Position numbers and translations under genes: made by a program. The notes beneath the pieces were generated by a model, which was not told where the DNA came from, made no database searches, and worked only from the letters and a program-made list of their open reading frames with translations. 64,000 nt of DNA from Bdellovibrionales bacterium. Its GTDB lineage: Bacteria > Bdellovibrionota > Bdellovibrionia > Bdellovibrionales > UBA1609. The stretch covers positions 2,247-66,246 of the forward strand of contig JAHDFM010000008.1 in the NCBI GenBank assembly GCA_020628165.1. Reading direction: 5' to 3'. Positions 35,752 to 45,044 of this stretch are shown here, piece by piece. Position 1 is the first letter of the stretch; every line of letters starts with the position of its first letter.

Positions 35752-35863
35752 CTCGGCTTTGCCTCGGACAATTCACTTTTGTGAATTGGCAAATTAAGCC
35801 ACTGGCTCTCGGCTTTGCCTCGGACAATTCACTTTCGTGAATTCCCAAATTAAGCCACTGGCT
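35752..35863. repeat. Two tandem 56-bp direct repeats abutting the 3' end of tRNA-Leu
   Basis: CTCGGCTTTGCCTCGGACAATTCACTTT(T/C)GTGAATT(GG/CC)CAAATTAAGCCACTGG occurs at 35752-35807 and 35808-35863. Each unit has an internal hairpin CAATTCAC/GTGAATTG. The second unit also forms CCAAATTAAGCC/GGCTTAATTTGG. Confidence 0.85.
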
Positions 35864-35868
35864 TAATT

Positions 35869-35955
35869 TGGTACCTCGGAGGAGACTTGAACTCCTATGA
35901 CCTTGCGGTCGGTGGATTTTGAATCCACTGCGTCTACCAATTCCGCCACCGAGGC
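35869..35955 (-). tRNA. tRNA-Leu (anticodon CAA), CCA encoded
   Basis: The reverse complement reads GCCTCGGTGGCGGAATTGGTAGACGCAGTGGATTCAAAATCCACCGACCGCAAGGTCATAGGAGTTCAAGTCTCCTCCGAGGTACCA. It has a D-loop GGAATTGGTAGAC, anticodon stem-loop GTGGA-TTCAAAA-TCCAC, long variable arm and T-arm GGAGTTCAAGTCTCC. Confidence 0.92.
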
Positions 35956-36291
35956 ACATTTTTTTGGATCTCAATTAGTACTAAAATAATCAGACTTTGT
36001 CATAAAAAATATTCAGGGTCTGACTGATAGTTTAACACCTCATAAATAATTACGATCTGAAGTGGCTTTTTGCTAAGAAAATGCCTGTAATATGGTCTTT
36101 TTCATTTAAATTTAATAACTTAAGCCGTTTTTCTAAGCTTGGCATAACTTTTATTTTTAATAAGAGTTTATGCCACTCATTTAAACTAAAGCTTATGATC
36201 TTATGTACTTATAAGTTTTTCTCAAAACGACAATTTTTGGCATTGTCTTTGCTCAAGCATTTAGCATTACAAGTGATCAGGAGGTTTTGTA

Positions 36292-37494
36292 ATGAAGCTC
36301 TTATACTATATATTGAGTGTGAGTTTATTTAATTGTGTTGTGGCCAATGCGGAAACCACTTGGGTGGATGAAACCATTCAAGCCGAGATCCAGCAAGAAA
36401 CTGGTAAAGCTAAAGCTCAAAAGGGCTCACAGAACATTTATATACTGAACAAAAATGACAGTGAAGCAAAAGCTAAAAACTTAAACAACGCTGAGTTAAC
36501 GGCTCAACAAAAAGCTGAAGCGCTTGCCGCAGCTGAGGCTCAAAATCAACCAGAGACAATTGTTGAGGCGAGCCCACTTGTTGAATCTTATGCAACTAAC
36601 CTTAGAAAAATGAGGCAAAATGCTGAGATAGAAACTGAGCAAAAAATTGTTGAAAAGTTAGAATCTGCTAGATTAGAAGATGAGCGCAGACGAGCTCAAC
36701 GACTTTTTGGTGATAGAAAGTTTGAAACACCTGCTGCAAAAAAGAACCCGAACAGTGATGTAGTCACCTGTGATGGTGGTAATGGCTGTTGGACTCCAGT
36801 TGAGCAAGCTCCTGTTCAAATCATTGAGCACGCTCCTGTGAAGACTGTTGAAATTGTCCGCGAAAAAACGGTTGCCCCTGAGACTGTAGTTGTTCCGACG
36901 GTTAAATACGAAAATAAAGTTCCCGCTAAAAAAGATCTAACGTCTAAGTCTTATGTGTCTGCAGCTATTGGAGCCATGGACTACAAAGCAGTTAATGTGG
37001 AAAGTAAGTATGCTCTTCAGTTAGGTGCAGGAATAGACTTAAGCTCAAAAACTTCAGTCGAGGCCTTTTTTGCATACTCACAGCACAGAATTGATTACTT
37101 CGGTTACACAGATTTAAATCAGTACAATTGGGGTGTTGAAGGTCGCTATAATTTAGTTTCTCATGCAAAATTCAATGTCAACGCTGGAGCTCATTTGGGG
37201 CTTGTTTTCAGAAATTATTTAGGTCTCAACAAAAGTAGTAGAAGCTTTAACAATAAAAGCAGTAACTCAGATGAGAGCACGCGTTCTGTGAATGTTGCCC
37301 CAGTTGTAGGTGCTGAGTTCAAAGTGACAAAGAACTTTTCTTTAGGCCTTGATTACAAGTACATGATCAATGTTGCACAGAGCTTTAGCTCTGATGAAAT
37401 GGGTGACTCATACTCTGATGGACGTTTCACCTACGAGCCTCTTGAAGACATTAATTACAGTGTGTTTTCAGTGAAGGCAAAAGTTAGATTTTAG
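36292..37494 (+). CDS. Outer-membrane beta-barrel protein with an Ala/Glu/Gln-rich N-terminal region
   Basis: Signal peptide ...VVANAETTW. The C-terminal half has alternating amphipathic beta-strands and a terminal ...VKAKVRF OMP signature (C-terminal Phe). Confidence 0.8.
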   Translation: MKLLYYILSVSLFNCVVANAETTWVDETIQAEIQQETGKAKAQKGSQNIYILNKNDSEAKAKNLNNAELTAQQKAEALAAAEAQNQPETIVEASPLVESYATNLRKMRQNAEIETEQKIVEKLESARLEDERRRAQRLFGDRKFETPAAKKNPNSDVVTCDGGNGCWTPVEQAPVQIIEHAPVKTVEIVREKTVAPETVVVPTVKYENKVPAKKDLTSKSYVSAAIGAMDYKAVNVESKYALQLGAGIDLSSKTSVEAFFAYSQHRIDYFGYTDLNQYNWGVEGRYNLVSHAKFNVNAGAHLGLVFRNYLGLNKSSRSFNNKSSNSDESTRSVNVAPVVGAEFKVTKNFSLGLDYKYMINVAQSFSSDEMGDSYSDGRFTYEPLEDINYSVFSVKAKVRF

Positions 37495-37547
37495 TTTTTT
37501 TAAAAGAGCGTATCATAGTTTAATATAAACTCCTCTTTTTTTGTTGT

Positions 37548-37578
37548 CCGGCCCTTAGTTTAAGGGCCGGTTTTTTTT
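37548..37578 (+). terminator. Rho-independent terminator
   Basis: CCGGCCCTTA (37548-37557) / TAAGGGCCGG (37561-37570) perfect 10-bp stem, 3-nt loop, T8. Confidence 0.88.
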
Positions 37579-37672
37579 GCATTAAATATCCTGTTTTGCG
37601 CTCTTAGAAGTCATTTATTAAAAAGGCTTTAAATATTTATTTACAGGCCAAGGACACTTACTATACTCTTTA

Positions 37673-38293
37673 ATGAGAGCTATAGGAGGGCCCTTGTTAG
37701 CTTTTTTATTTTCTTTTTTATTCCTTTGCCACTCACAAGAGTTGATTTCAAGAACTGTTGCTGAAATAAACAACGACTTTTTGACCAGTCGAGAGGTGGT
37801 ATTGTCTGCTTTGATCTCGTCCTGCATGGACGGGAATTGCGATCGTTTAAACTTAACAACTGTAAAAATTAAAACTGACACCTTTGCAACTCTTCTTTCA
37901 AAAACAATTTTTGAGCGTCTTGCTTACCTAGAGTCGAAAGGTATTTTTAAATCAAAAAAAACAATGCCAGCAAAATTACTTGCACAGGTGTTGCAAGCAG
38001 CACCTACAAAAAAATATAGGTTTTCAGCCAATGAAATTAAAAAAATCTACAGTTTAAAGATGTTAGCTAAAGATTACGTGAGCTTTAAAGACAAAAACTT
38101 AAGCGTTTACATCACAGACTCTGAGGCTTTAAATGAATTTAAGGTGAATGCCAGTAAATACAAAAACAAAACCTTCGCGGATGTGAAAAAAAAGATCAAA
38201 TCTGAACTGGTGCAGGTGAGAAAACGCAAGCGTGTTGAAGACTGGGTGACTTCAATGCAACTGAAGTATCGAGTGAGACAAATTATAAATTAA
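37673..38293 (+). CDS. Hypothetical periplasmic protein (possibly SurA N-terminal-like chaperone fold)
   Basis: Signal peptide LLAFLFSFLFLCHS and helical Lys-rich content. The ISRTVAEINNDFLTSREV start resembles SurA_N-type proteins, but only weakly. Confidence 0.6.
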   Translation: MRAIGGPLLAFLFSFLFLCHSQELISRTVAEINNDFLTSREVVLSALISSCMDGNCDRLNLTTVKIKTDTFATLLSKTIFERLAYLESKGIFKSKKTMPAKLLAQVLQAAPTKKYRFSANEIKKIYSLKMLAKDYVSFKDKNLSVYITDSEALNEFKVNASKYKNKTFADVKKKIKSELVQVRKRKRVEDWVTSMQLKYRVRQIIN

Positions 38294-38301
38294 GGACATA
38301 G

Positions 38302-38742
38302 ATGGTTCTATTAAAGCCTAAGGATTGGGCAAGAGTCGTACAAATTTGCAATGTGGAAGCTGTGCTGTCGAGAAGTGAAGTCTGGCCATTAAAACAACTG
38401 TGGTCCTCATTACTTAGAGGCGAGCTTTTTTCTGACACCTCTAGAAAAGTTCAATCTGTACTGAGCTTACGAGAGACTCCAGACACCTATGAGATTGATT
38501 ACTTGATCACCGATAGATTGGCTCGTGGCGAGGGGGTAATGACGGGTAATTTTAAGCACTTAAAAGAAAAAGCTCATAGTTTATCGAAGTCAATTTGGCT
38601 CGAGGTGAGTGAAATAAATGTGAGTGCTTGCGCTTTTTATGAGAAAAATGGCTTTCGATTACAAAGAGTGCGAAAAAATTATTATAAAAATAGTGAAAAT
38701 GCTCGTATTTACAGTTATTTTCCACATTTTGATAGACTTTAA
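38302..38742 (+). CDS. GNAT-family N-acetyltransferase (RimI-like)
   Basis: C-terminal GNAT motif WLEVSEINVSACAFYEKNGFRLQRVRKNYY. 146 aa. Confidence 0.78.
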   Translation: MVLLKPKDWARVVQICNVEAVLSRSEVWPLKQLWSSLLRGELFSDTSRKVQSVLSLRETPDTYEIDYLITDRLARGEGVMTGNFKHLKEKAHSLSKSIWLEVSEINVSACAFYEKNGFRLQRVRKNYYKNSENARIYSYFPHFDRL

Positions 38743-38772
38743 ACAGATTCATTGTTACTTTTTTAAATGACG

Positions 38773-38800
38773 AGAGGACCTCAAAAGGGTCCTCTTTTTT
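38773..38800 (+). terminator. Rho-independent terminator
   Basis: AGAGGACC (38773-38780) / GGTCCTCT (38788-38795) stem, then T6. Confidence 0.85.
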
Positions 38801-38825
38801 ATTATTAAGCAAGGCGACTTTATAA

Positions 38826-39341
38826 ATGACAAACGCATGGATAGAAAAGGTGAAAGAGCTCGTAGCTCCTATTTGTGAAAGAGAAGGTTGCAAGCTTTAT
38901 GATGTTGAAAGCTCAGGGTCTAAGTCTTCAAAAGTTGTTAAGGTTTACATCGAAGGGCTGGACTCATCTGTGACCATTGATCAATGTGCCAACGTCTCAA
39001 ACTCATTGAGTTTACTGTTAGATGTTGAAGACATCGTTCCTGGTGGAAAATACAACTTGGAAGTTTCGAGTCCAGGTCTTGAGAGAAACCTAAAAGAAGT
39101 TTGGCACTATCAATCGGCGATCAATAAAACGGTTAAAGTCAAAACTTCTACTGCTTATATGCCAATTGAAGGTCCTGAGACTAAAAAGGGTGTTAAGCTC
39201 ATTCAGGGGCAGTTGTCGCAGGTGAATGATGACAGTTTTGTTGTCGAAGATAATAAAAAGAGGCTTTATAAAATTGATTACACAAATGTAAATAAAGCCA
39301 ACGTAGTTTTTGAATTTAATAATACTAAAAAAGCGAAGTGA
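38826..39341 (+). CDS. rimP: Ribosome maturation factor RimP
   Basis: Typical RimP pattern (...LYDVE...VKVYI.....VTIDQCANVSNSLSLLLD...Y.LEVSSPGLERNLK), located directly upstream of nusA. Confidence 0.92.
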   Translation: MTNAWIEKVKELVAPICEREGCKLYDVESSGSKSSKVVKVYIEGLDSSVTIDQCANVSNSLSLLLDVEDIVPGGKYNLEVSSPGLERNLKEVWHYQSAINKTVKVKTSTAYMPIEGPETKKGVKLIQGQLSQVNDDSFVVEDNKKRLYKIDYTNVNKANVVFEFNNTKKAK

Positions 39342-39365
39342 TTTTTTAGGACTAAGGAGAGTTAA

Positions 39366-40916
39366 ATGTCAGTAGAAAATGTTTTTTCAAACTTAAGTCG
39401 AATGATCGAAATGGTTGGGAAAGATAAGGGGATTGATAAGCAGATCGTTGTTGATGCTGTCGTTCAGGGGATGCTTGTTGCTGCCAGAAAAAAATATGGA
39501 ACTTACCGCGAAATTGAAGCTTCTTATAACGAAGATAGCGGTGAAGTTGAGTTGTTTGAGTTTAAAGAAGTTGTTAAAGACGAAGATTTTATTGATGAAG
39601 AAGTAGAAATTAAACATTCAGAAGCTCTTGAGCTTGACCCTGAGGCGCAGTTGGATGACTCCATAGGTGTTCGTTTAGAAACGGGTGATTTGGGCCGCAT
39701 TGCTGCACAAACGGCAAAACAAATCATCACTCAAAAAGTGCGTGATGCGGAAAGAGAAATCATTTTTGCGGAGTTTGACCAAAGAAAGGGTGAGGTTGTG
39801 TCTGGGATCGCTCGTCGAGTAGAGCGTGGAGCCATCGTGGTTGATATGGGTCGCACAGAGGCCTACCTACCACCTAGAGAGCAAATCCCAGGAGAAGTTT
39901 TCAAGCCGGGTGACCGCATTCAAGGTTACATCGCCGATGTTAGACAAACCACTCGTGGTCCTCAAATCATTATGTCCCGTGCTGACAGCAGATATTTGAT
40001 TAAGCTTTTTGAAGGTGAAGTTCCCGAAGTTTATGATGGAATCGTTGAAATTATCAATGCTGCCAGAGAGCCAGGCCAGAGAGCAAAAGTGGCCGTGCGC
40101 AGTAAGGATCCGACGGTTGATCCCGTGGGCGCTTGTGTTGGTATGAAAGGGTCACGCGTACAAAACATTGTGCAAGAGTTGCGCGGTGAAAAAATTGACA
40201 TTATCACTTTTGAAGAAGATCCAACTCGCTTTGTTTCCAATGCACTGGCTCCAGCTGAAATTTCAAAAATCTTTGTGGACGATGAAAGTGGTGAAATGGA
40301 AGTGGTTGTTCCCGACAGTCAACTTAGCCTTGCCATCGGTAAGCGTGGGCAAAATGTTCGTTTAGCAGCAAGGCTTTGTCAGTGGAAACTCGATATTGTT
40401 TCTGAAAGTGATTCTGCCACCAAAACAGCCGAAGCTATTTTTAACTTAATGTTAATCCCAAATATGACAGAAACGATGGCACAAAATATTTTCCAATCGG
40501 GCTTTGCTTCGTTCTCTGAAATTGCTGAGTCAGCTCCAAGTGAAATTATGTTGATTCCAGGTTATGACGATGAAGTTAAGGCACGCGATTTAATTGATCA
40601 AAGTCAGAACTTGGTAGACCAATACGAAAAAGAAGGTGTTGAAGTGCCAACTATGGCTGAAAAGCTCATCAAAGAAGGCAAAGCACCAACTGTGACAGCG
40701 TCTAATGTTGATTCGAGCAGCAAAGCTCAAGCTGAAGAAAGATTAAAAGAAGAGTTAGAGTTATTAAAAAATGCTGAGGATGCAGGTGACAGCGAAACAA
40801 CAGAGGCCGTTGCTGCTGCTGAGTCAGAAACTGCTGAAGAAGTTACAACTGAGGAAAGTGCAGTCGTTGCTGCTGCTGAGACGGAGTCTCCAAGTGAAGG
40901 TGCTGACAACGCCTAA
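39366..40916 (+). CDS. nusA: Transcription termination/antitermination factor NusA
   Basis: NusA N-terminal domain, S1 domain (GEVVSGIARRVERGAIVVDMG) and KH domains (DPVGACVGMKGSRVQNIVQELRGEKIDI, LSLAIGKRGQNVRLAARL). Confidence 0.97.
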   Translation: MSVENVFSNLSRMIEMVGKDKGIDKQIVVDAVVQGMLVAARKKYGTYREIEASYNEDSGEVELFEFKEVVKDEDFIDEEVEIKHSEALELDPEAQLDDSIGVRLETGDLGRIAAQTAKQIITQKVRDAEREIIFAEFDQRKGEVVSGIARRVERGAIVVDMGRTEAYLPPREQIPGEVFKPGDRIQGYIADVRQTTRGPQIIMSRADSRYLIKLFEGEVPEVYDGIVEIINAAREPGQRAKVAVRSKDPTVDPVGACVGMKGSRVQNIVQELRGEKIDIITFEEDPTRFVSNALAPAEISKIFVDDESGEMEVVVPDSQLSLAIGKRGQNVRLAARLCQWKLDIVSESDSATKTAEAIFNLMLIPNMTETMAQNIFQSGFASFSEIAESAPSEIMLIPGYDDEVKARDLIDQSQNLVDQYEKEGVEVPTMAEKLIKEGKAPTVTASNVDSSSKAQAEERLKEELELLKNAEDAGDSETTEAVAAAESETAEEVTTEESAVVAAAETESPSEGADNA

Positions 40917-40960
40917 AATAATTATCATATCATTCAAAATTGCTTTTAAAGGAGCTTAAT

Positions 40961-43705
40961 TTGAGTCAACCGAAAGTTTATGAGTATGCAAAAGAGCTAG
41001 GTATGGAAACCATAGCTTTAATGGACAAAATAAAGAAGTGGAAACTTCCTGTGAAGAGCCATATGGCGGCTTTGTCTGATGATTTGATTGACCAAATTCA
41101 AGCTCAGCTAAAAGCGGAGATGGAAAAGTCGACAACAACGACGAAAAAGAAGACCAAAAAGAAGGTCGCGAAGAAAAAAACGGCCAAAAAGAAAGTTGCC
41201 AAAAAGAAAGTGAGTAAAATTGCAAAGCCAGTGACTCGCACTTCAGCACCTGAGAAAGAGGCTGCTAAAAAAACAGTGACTAAAAAACGTCGAGTGATTC
41301 GTCGTAAAGCTGGAGAAGCTGAAGCTCTGGCTGAAGCCAAGGCAAAAGAAGAGGCTGCAAAATTAGAAGCAGCTGCTGCGGCACAAGCTTTAGCGCAAGA
41401 ACAAGCCGAAGCTGTCAGTGAGCAAGAAGAAACTTCTAGTGAAGCGACAGTCGCTACTCCACAGGCTGCACAAGAAGCCTCCGCAGAGCCAGCTAAAGCA
41501 AAAGGGGCCGTCTTAAAACCGACAGGTAAAATCATTGGTCGTATGGATTTGTCGACAGTGACAAAGAAGCAAGGTTCTAGCGACAGTCGAGGCCCTGCAC
41601 GAACAGGAGCTCAACGAAACATACGAACAGGTTTTGTAGCTTCAGCACCCACTTTGTCTGATGTAACTTCGGCACAAGATAAGTTCAAAGAAAAAGAAAA
41701 GGCTAAGAAAAAAGCTCCAGGAAGCACAGGTAAGCAAGAGGGGCCAGGTCAGTTTACAGCCACTGAATTTAGAAAAAGAGAAGTTATATTTCAGCCAAAG
41801 AAAAAACGTGTTCAAACTGGTGATGCTAAGAAAACACAAATAACGACTCCAAAGGCACATAAACGCGTTATCAAGATACATGGTGAAATGTCTGTAAGTG
41901 AACTTGCAAGTAGCATGGGAATGAAGTCTCCAGCTCTTATCAAAAAATTAATGGCAGAAGGTGTAATGGCCAAAATGAGCACAGTTCTCGATTTTGAGAC
42001 CATTTCTTTGGTTGCGCCTGAGTTTGGTTTCGAAGTTTTGAATGAAACAAAGTCTATTGAAGAGATTTATGAAACTTTAGCTTTTGGTGAGGTTGATGCT
42101 GAGCCTGTTAAGCGCCCACCTGTTGTGACAGTTATGGGGCATGTTGATCACGGTAAAACCACTTTATTAGATGCCATTAGAAAAGCGGATGTTGTCAGCG
42201 GAGAAGCGGGCGGCATCACCCAGCACATCGGTGCATATAAAGTTAAATTAGAAGAAGGAAAGGTGGCAACATTTATCGATACTCCTGGTCACGCCGCTTT
42301 TACAGCTATGCGTGCACGCGGAGCGAACGTCACAGATATAGTGATCATTGTTGTGGCAGCTGATGACGGCGTGATGCCACAAACTCAAGAAGCTATCAAT
42401 CATGCAAAGGCTGCAGAGGTTCCAATCATTGTAGCGATTAATAAGATTGACCGCCCGGGAGCAAATATTGACAAGATCAAGCAACAACTGACTGAGTTTC
42501 AATTGATCCCAGAAGAGTGGGGTGGCGACACGATCTTTTGTGAAGTTTCCGCTCTTAAAAAAGAAGGGATTGATAACTTACTTGAACAAATCCATTTAAT
42601 AGCTGATGTCTCTGACTTCAAGGCTAACAATAAGTGCTCTGCAAGTGGTGTTGTCATCGAGAGTCGAGTTGAAAAAGGAAAAGGGAATGTGGCGACTTTG
42701 CTCGTGCAAAAAGGTCTGCTTAAAAAGGGTGATTTGATTGTTGCTGGTAAAGTCATTGGTAAGGTTAGGCGCATGAGCAATGAACGCGGCGAGATCATGA
42801 AAGTAGCTATGCCGAGTGACCCAATAGAAGTGACCGGCTTGCCGGAAACGCCGTCTGCTGGACAGCGCTTTGATGTTTGCGAAAAAGAGACTCAAGCAGA
42901 ACAAGTGATCGAGCATTTCACTAAGCTAGAAAAAGAAGCTAACGCCGGCGGTGCCAAAGACTTAAATGATGTTTTCTCGAGAGTGTTGAACCCAAATATT
43001 AAAGATATGCCAATCATTCTTAAGTCGGATGTTGCTGGTACTAACGAAGCTATTAAAGGTATGATTGCTAAGTTAGACAATGCTGAGGTTAAAATTAAGA
43101 TTGCTCACTCAGGTGTTGGTTTAATCACAGAATCTGATGTTTTACTGGCAAGTACAACCGGAGGTGTGATATTTGGCTTTAATGTGAAGGCCGACAACAA
43201 TGCCCAACGAGTGGCAAAAGAAAAGTCTGTCATAGTAAAAAACTACACCATCATTTATGAGTTGATGGATGAAATTAAAAAGATGATGAGTGGTTTACTG
43301 ACTCCAGACTTTGAAGAAAAACCAATGGGGACTGCTGAAGTCAAAGACACATTCAGTGTTCCAAGAATTGGTACCATAGCAGGTTGTTTAGTGACAGACG
43401 GAAAGGTCATGCGCAACGCTCTGGCAAGACTCGTCAGAAACGGGAAAACAATGCACGAAGGCAGTATGTCTAGCTTGAAACGTTTCAAAGATGATGTGAA
43501 AGAAGTTAAATCAGGTATAGAGTGTGGTATAGGGCTGGAAAATTACAATGACATAAAAGTTGGTGATGTGATTGAAGCCTACGAAAAGAAAGAAGTGGCA
43601 AGAGACATCGAAGTTCTCATCGAGGAAAAGCAAAAGAAAGACAAAGCAGCAGCAGAAGCCAAAGAACTAGCTGAGTTAGAAGCTCAGATGAACGCCGAAG
43701 GGTGA
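40961..43705 (+). CDS. infB: Translation initiation factor IF-2
   Basis: Start placed at TTG 40961, 6 nt after AAAGGAG, giving the canonical (M)SQPKVYEYAKELG N-terminus. G-domain motifs GHVDHGKTTLLD, DTPGH and NKID. Confidence 0.97.
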   Translation: MSQPKVYEYAKELGMETIALMDKIKKWKLPVKSHMAALSDDLIDQIQAQLKAEMEKSTTTTKKKTKKKVAKKKTAKKKVAKKKVSKIAKPVTRTSAPEKEAAKKTVTKKRRVIRRKAGEAEALAEAKAKEEAAKLEAAAAAQALAQEQAEAVSEQEETSSEATVATPQAAQEASAEPAKAKGAVLKPTGKIIGRMDLSTVTKKQGSSDSRGPARTGAQRNIRTGFVASAPTLSDVTSAQDKFKEKEKAKKKAPGSTGKQEGPGQFTATEFRKREVIFQPKKKRVQTGDAKKTQITTPKAHKRVIKIHGEMSVSELASSMGMKSPALIKKLMAEGVMAKMSTVLDFETISLVAPEFGFEVLNETKSIEEIYETLAFGEVDAEPVKRPPVVTVMGHVDHGKTTLLDAIRKADVVSGEAGGITQHIGAYKVKLEEGKVATFIDTPGHAAFTAMRARGANVTDIVIIVVAADDGVMPQTQEAINHAKAAEVPIIVAINKIDRPGANIDKIKQQLTEFQLIPEEWGGDTIFCEVSALKKEGIDNLLEQIHLIADVSDFKANNKCSASGVVIESRVEKGKGNVATLLVQKGLLKKGDLIVAGKVIGKVRRMSNERGEIMKVAMPSDPIEVTGLPETPSAGQRFDVCEKETQAEQVIEHFTKLEKEANAGGAKDLNDVFSRVLNPNIKDMPIILKSDVAGTNEAIKGMIAKLDNAEVKIKIAHSGVGLITESDVLLASTTGGVIFGFNVKADNNAQRVAKEKSVIVKNYTIIYELMDEIKKMMSGLLTPDFEEKPMGTAEVKDTFSVPRIGTIAGCLVTDGKVMRNALARLVRNGKTMHEGSMSSLKRFKDDVKEVKSGIECGIGLENYNDIKVGDVIEAYEKKEVARDIEVLIEEKQKKDKAAAEAKELAELEAQMNAEG

Positions 43706-43720
43706 TTTGGAGAAAAGTGC

Positions 43721-44077
43721 ATGTCTGACAGTCGACGTTTGCAAAGAGTAGAAAAAGAAATCCGCCAAATTGTAAGCCAGTACATGATCACTGGTTTAAA
43801 AGTTCCATTAAAGGGAATGGTGTCTATATCTCGCGTAAAAGTGAGTCCTGATTTTAAATCGGGAAAAATTTTTGTAACTGAAGTTCTTGAAAACGAAGAT
43901 ATGCAAGAGAACGTAGAAACTCTTAACGAGTTTGCTCCATACTTTCAAAAAGAAATCAGTGGTAAATTGCGCATGAAGTACATACCAAAACTAAAGTTTT
44001 ACAACGACGAAGGGTTCAAAAACACCAAAGTGGTCGAATCGATTCTTTCCGACCTTAAAGATGATAGCGAGTCTTGA
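43721..44077 (+). CDS. rbfA: Ribosome-binding factor A
   Basis: RRLQRVEKEIRQIVSQYM... RbfA signature. Conserved position after infB. Confidence 0.93.
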   Translation: MSDSRRLQRVEKEIRQIVSQYMITGLKVPLKGMVSISRVKVSPDFKSGKIFVTEVLENEDMQENVETLNEFAPYFQKEISGKLRMKYIPKLKFYNDEGFKNTKVVESILSDLKDDSES

Positions 44078-44089
44078 GATAACTTCAAC

Positions 44090-45040
44090 ATGAACAAAGA
44101 AAAACCATCACCTAAATTTAATGGGGCCTTGTTAATAGATAAGCCAAGTGGGATTACAAGCCATGATGTTGTTTGGCGAGTGCGAAAAATAACCGGCCAA
44201 AAAGAAGTTGGACATGCTGGCACTTTGGATCCTTTAGCGAGTGGCTTATTGGTTGTGCTTTTAGGCGAAGGAACTAAGCTCTCCAATATCATTTTAAATA
44301 AAGAAAAAAGCTATGCAGTTAAAGCACGGCTTGGCTTCACCTCCGACACTTGGGATGTTGATGGGCAGGTCACAAAAGTGCCCTTTGAAAGCCAGGATGA
44401 AAACAGCGTAAAAAATGCTTTGTTGTCATTATTAAACCAAACAACTTACCCTCTTCCAATTTATTCAGCTGTGAAAGTTAAGGGTAAAAAACTATATGAA
44501 TACGCTCGAGAAAATATTGAAGTGAAGGTTCCCAATAGAGACATGAATTTTTTCAATATGAATTCATTGCAGCAGATAAAGGATAATGAATTTTCTTTCA
44601 ACGTGTCGTGCAGTAAAGGAAGTTTTATTCGTTCCTTGGTGCATTGTCTCGGTCTAAAGTTGGGAACAAAAGCGATAGTTTCAGGCTTGAGGCGAACAGG
44701 TTCTACGCCATTTAAATTAGAAGAGGCCATCACCTTAACGGATTTAGAAAAGTTAGATATCAACAAGCTAGATCAGATACCGTGTTACAAAAGTATTGAG
44801 AGCATTCTTAGCAAGTTTAAGTCTTTCACCATAAGCGGTCGCGACGAGCGCTTAATGAAAAACGGTGCCATACCTAACGACTTAGTCAAAAGATTGGTTT
44901 ACGATCAAAAACAAGTGAACCGCCAAGACATGGAAACTTATATAAAAATTTATGGCGCTGATGAAAGAAAACTCATCACGCTTTTGCATTTACAGCCTAG
45001 AAACAAAGCAAAAGTTTTCCGCCGCTTCAAAAACTCCTAA
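44090..45040 (+). CDS. truB: tRNA pseudouridine-55 synthase TruB
   Basis: GALLIDKPSGITSHDVV..VRK......VGHAGTLDPLASGLLVVLLG catalytic Asp motif. Confidence 0.95.
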   Translation: MNKEKPSPKFNGALLIDKPSGITSHDVVWRVRKITGQKEVGHAGTLDPLASGLLVVLLGEGTKLSNIILNKEKSYAVKARLGFTSDTWDVDGQVTKVPFESQDENSVKNALLSLLNQTTYPLPIYSAVKVKGKKLYEYARENIEVKVPNRDMNFFNMNSLQQIKDNEFSFNVSCSKGSFIRSLVHCLGLKLGTKAIVSGLRRTGSTPFKLEEAITLTDLEKLDINKLDQIPCYKSIESILSKFKSFTISGRDERLMKNGAIPNDLVKRLVYDQKQVNRQDMETYIKIYGADERKLITLLHLQPRNKAKVFRRFKNS

Positions 45041-45044
45041 AAAA

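Noticed and set aside
32269-35863. Considered calling the small-gene islet a chromosomal integron cassette array, with the nested palindromes as attC sites.
   Set aside because: There is no intI or any other recombinase gene in the window. The genes are on both strands. I could not find the RYYYAAC / GTTRRRY core sites that define attC. The cassette-like description is kept only as an analogy.
32269-35955. Prophage, ICE or genomic island integrated at tRNA-Leu.
   Set aside because: No integrase, transposase, phage or conjugation gene occurs anywhere in the 64 kb. The 56-bp duplication does not contain tRNA 3'-end sequence, so a classical att duplication is not demonstrated.
35738-35974. 78-aa minus-strand ORF from the ORF track.
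   Set aside because: It is entirely explained by tRNA-Leu and the 56-bp tandem repeats, so the reading frame is spurious.
41104-41535. 143-aa antisense ORF inside infB, plus other antisense ORFs in infB, nusA, pnp and the RND gene.
   Set aside because: They lie opposite strongly supported conserved genes, in low-complexity Lys/Ala/Glu-coding regions. There are no independent signals for them.
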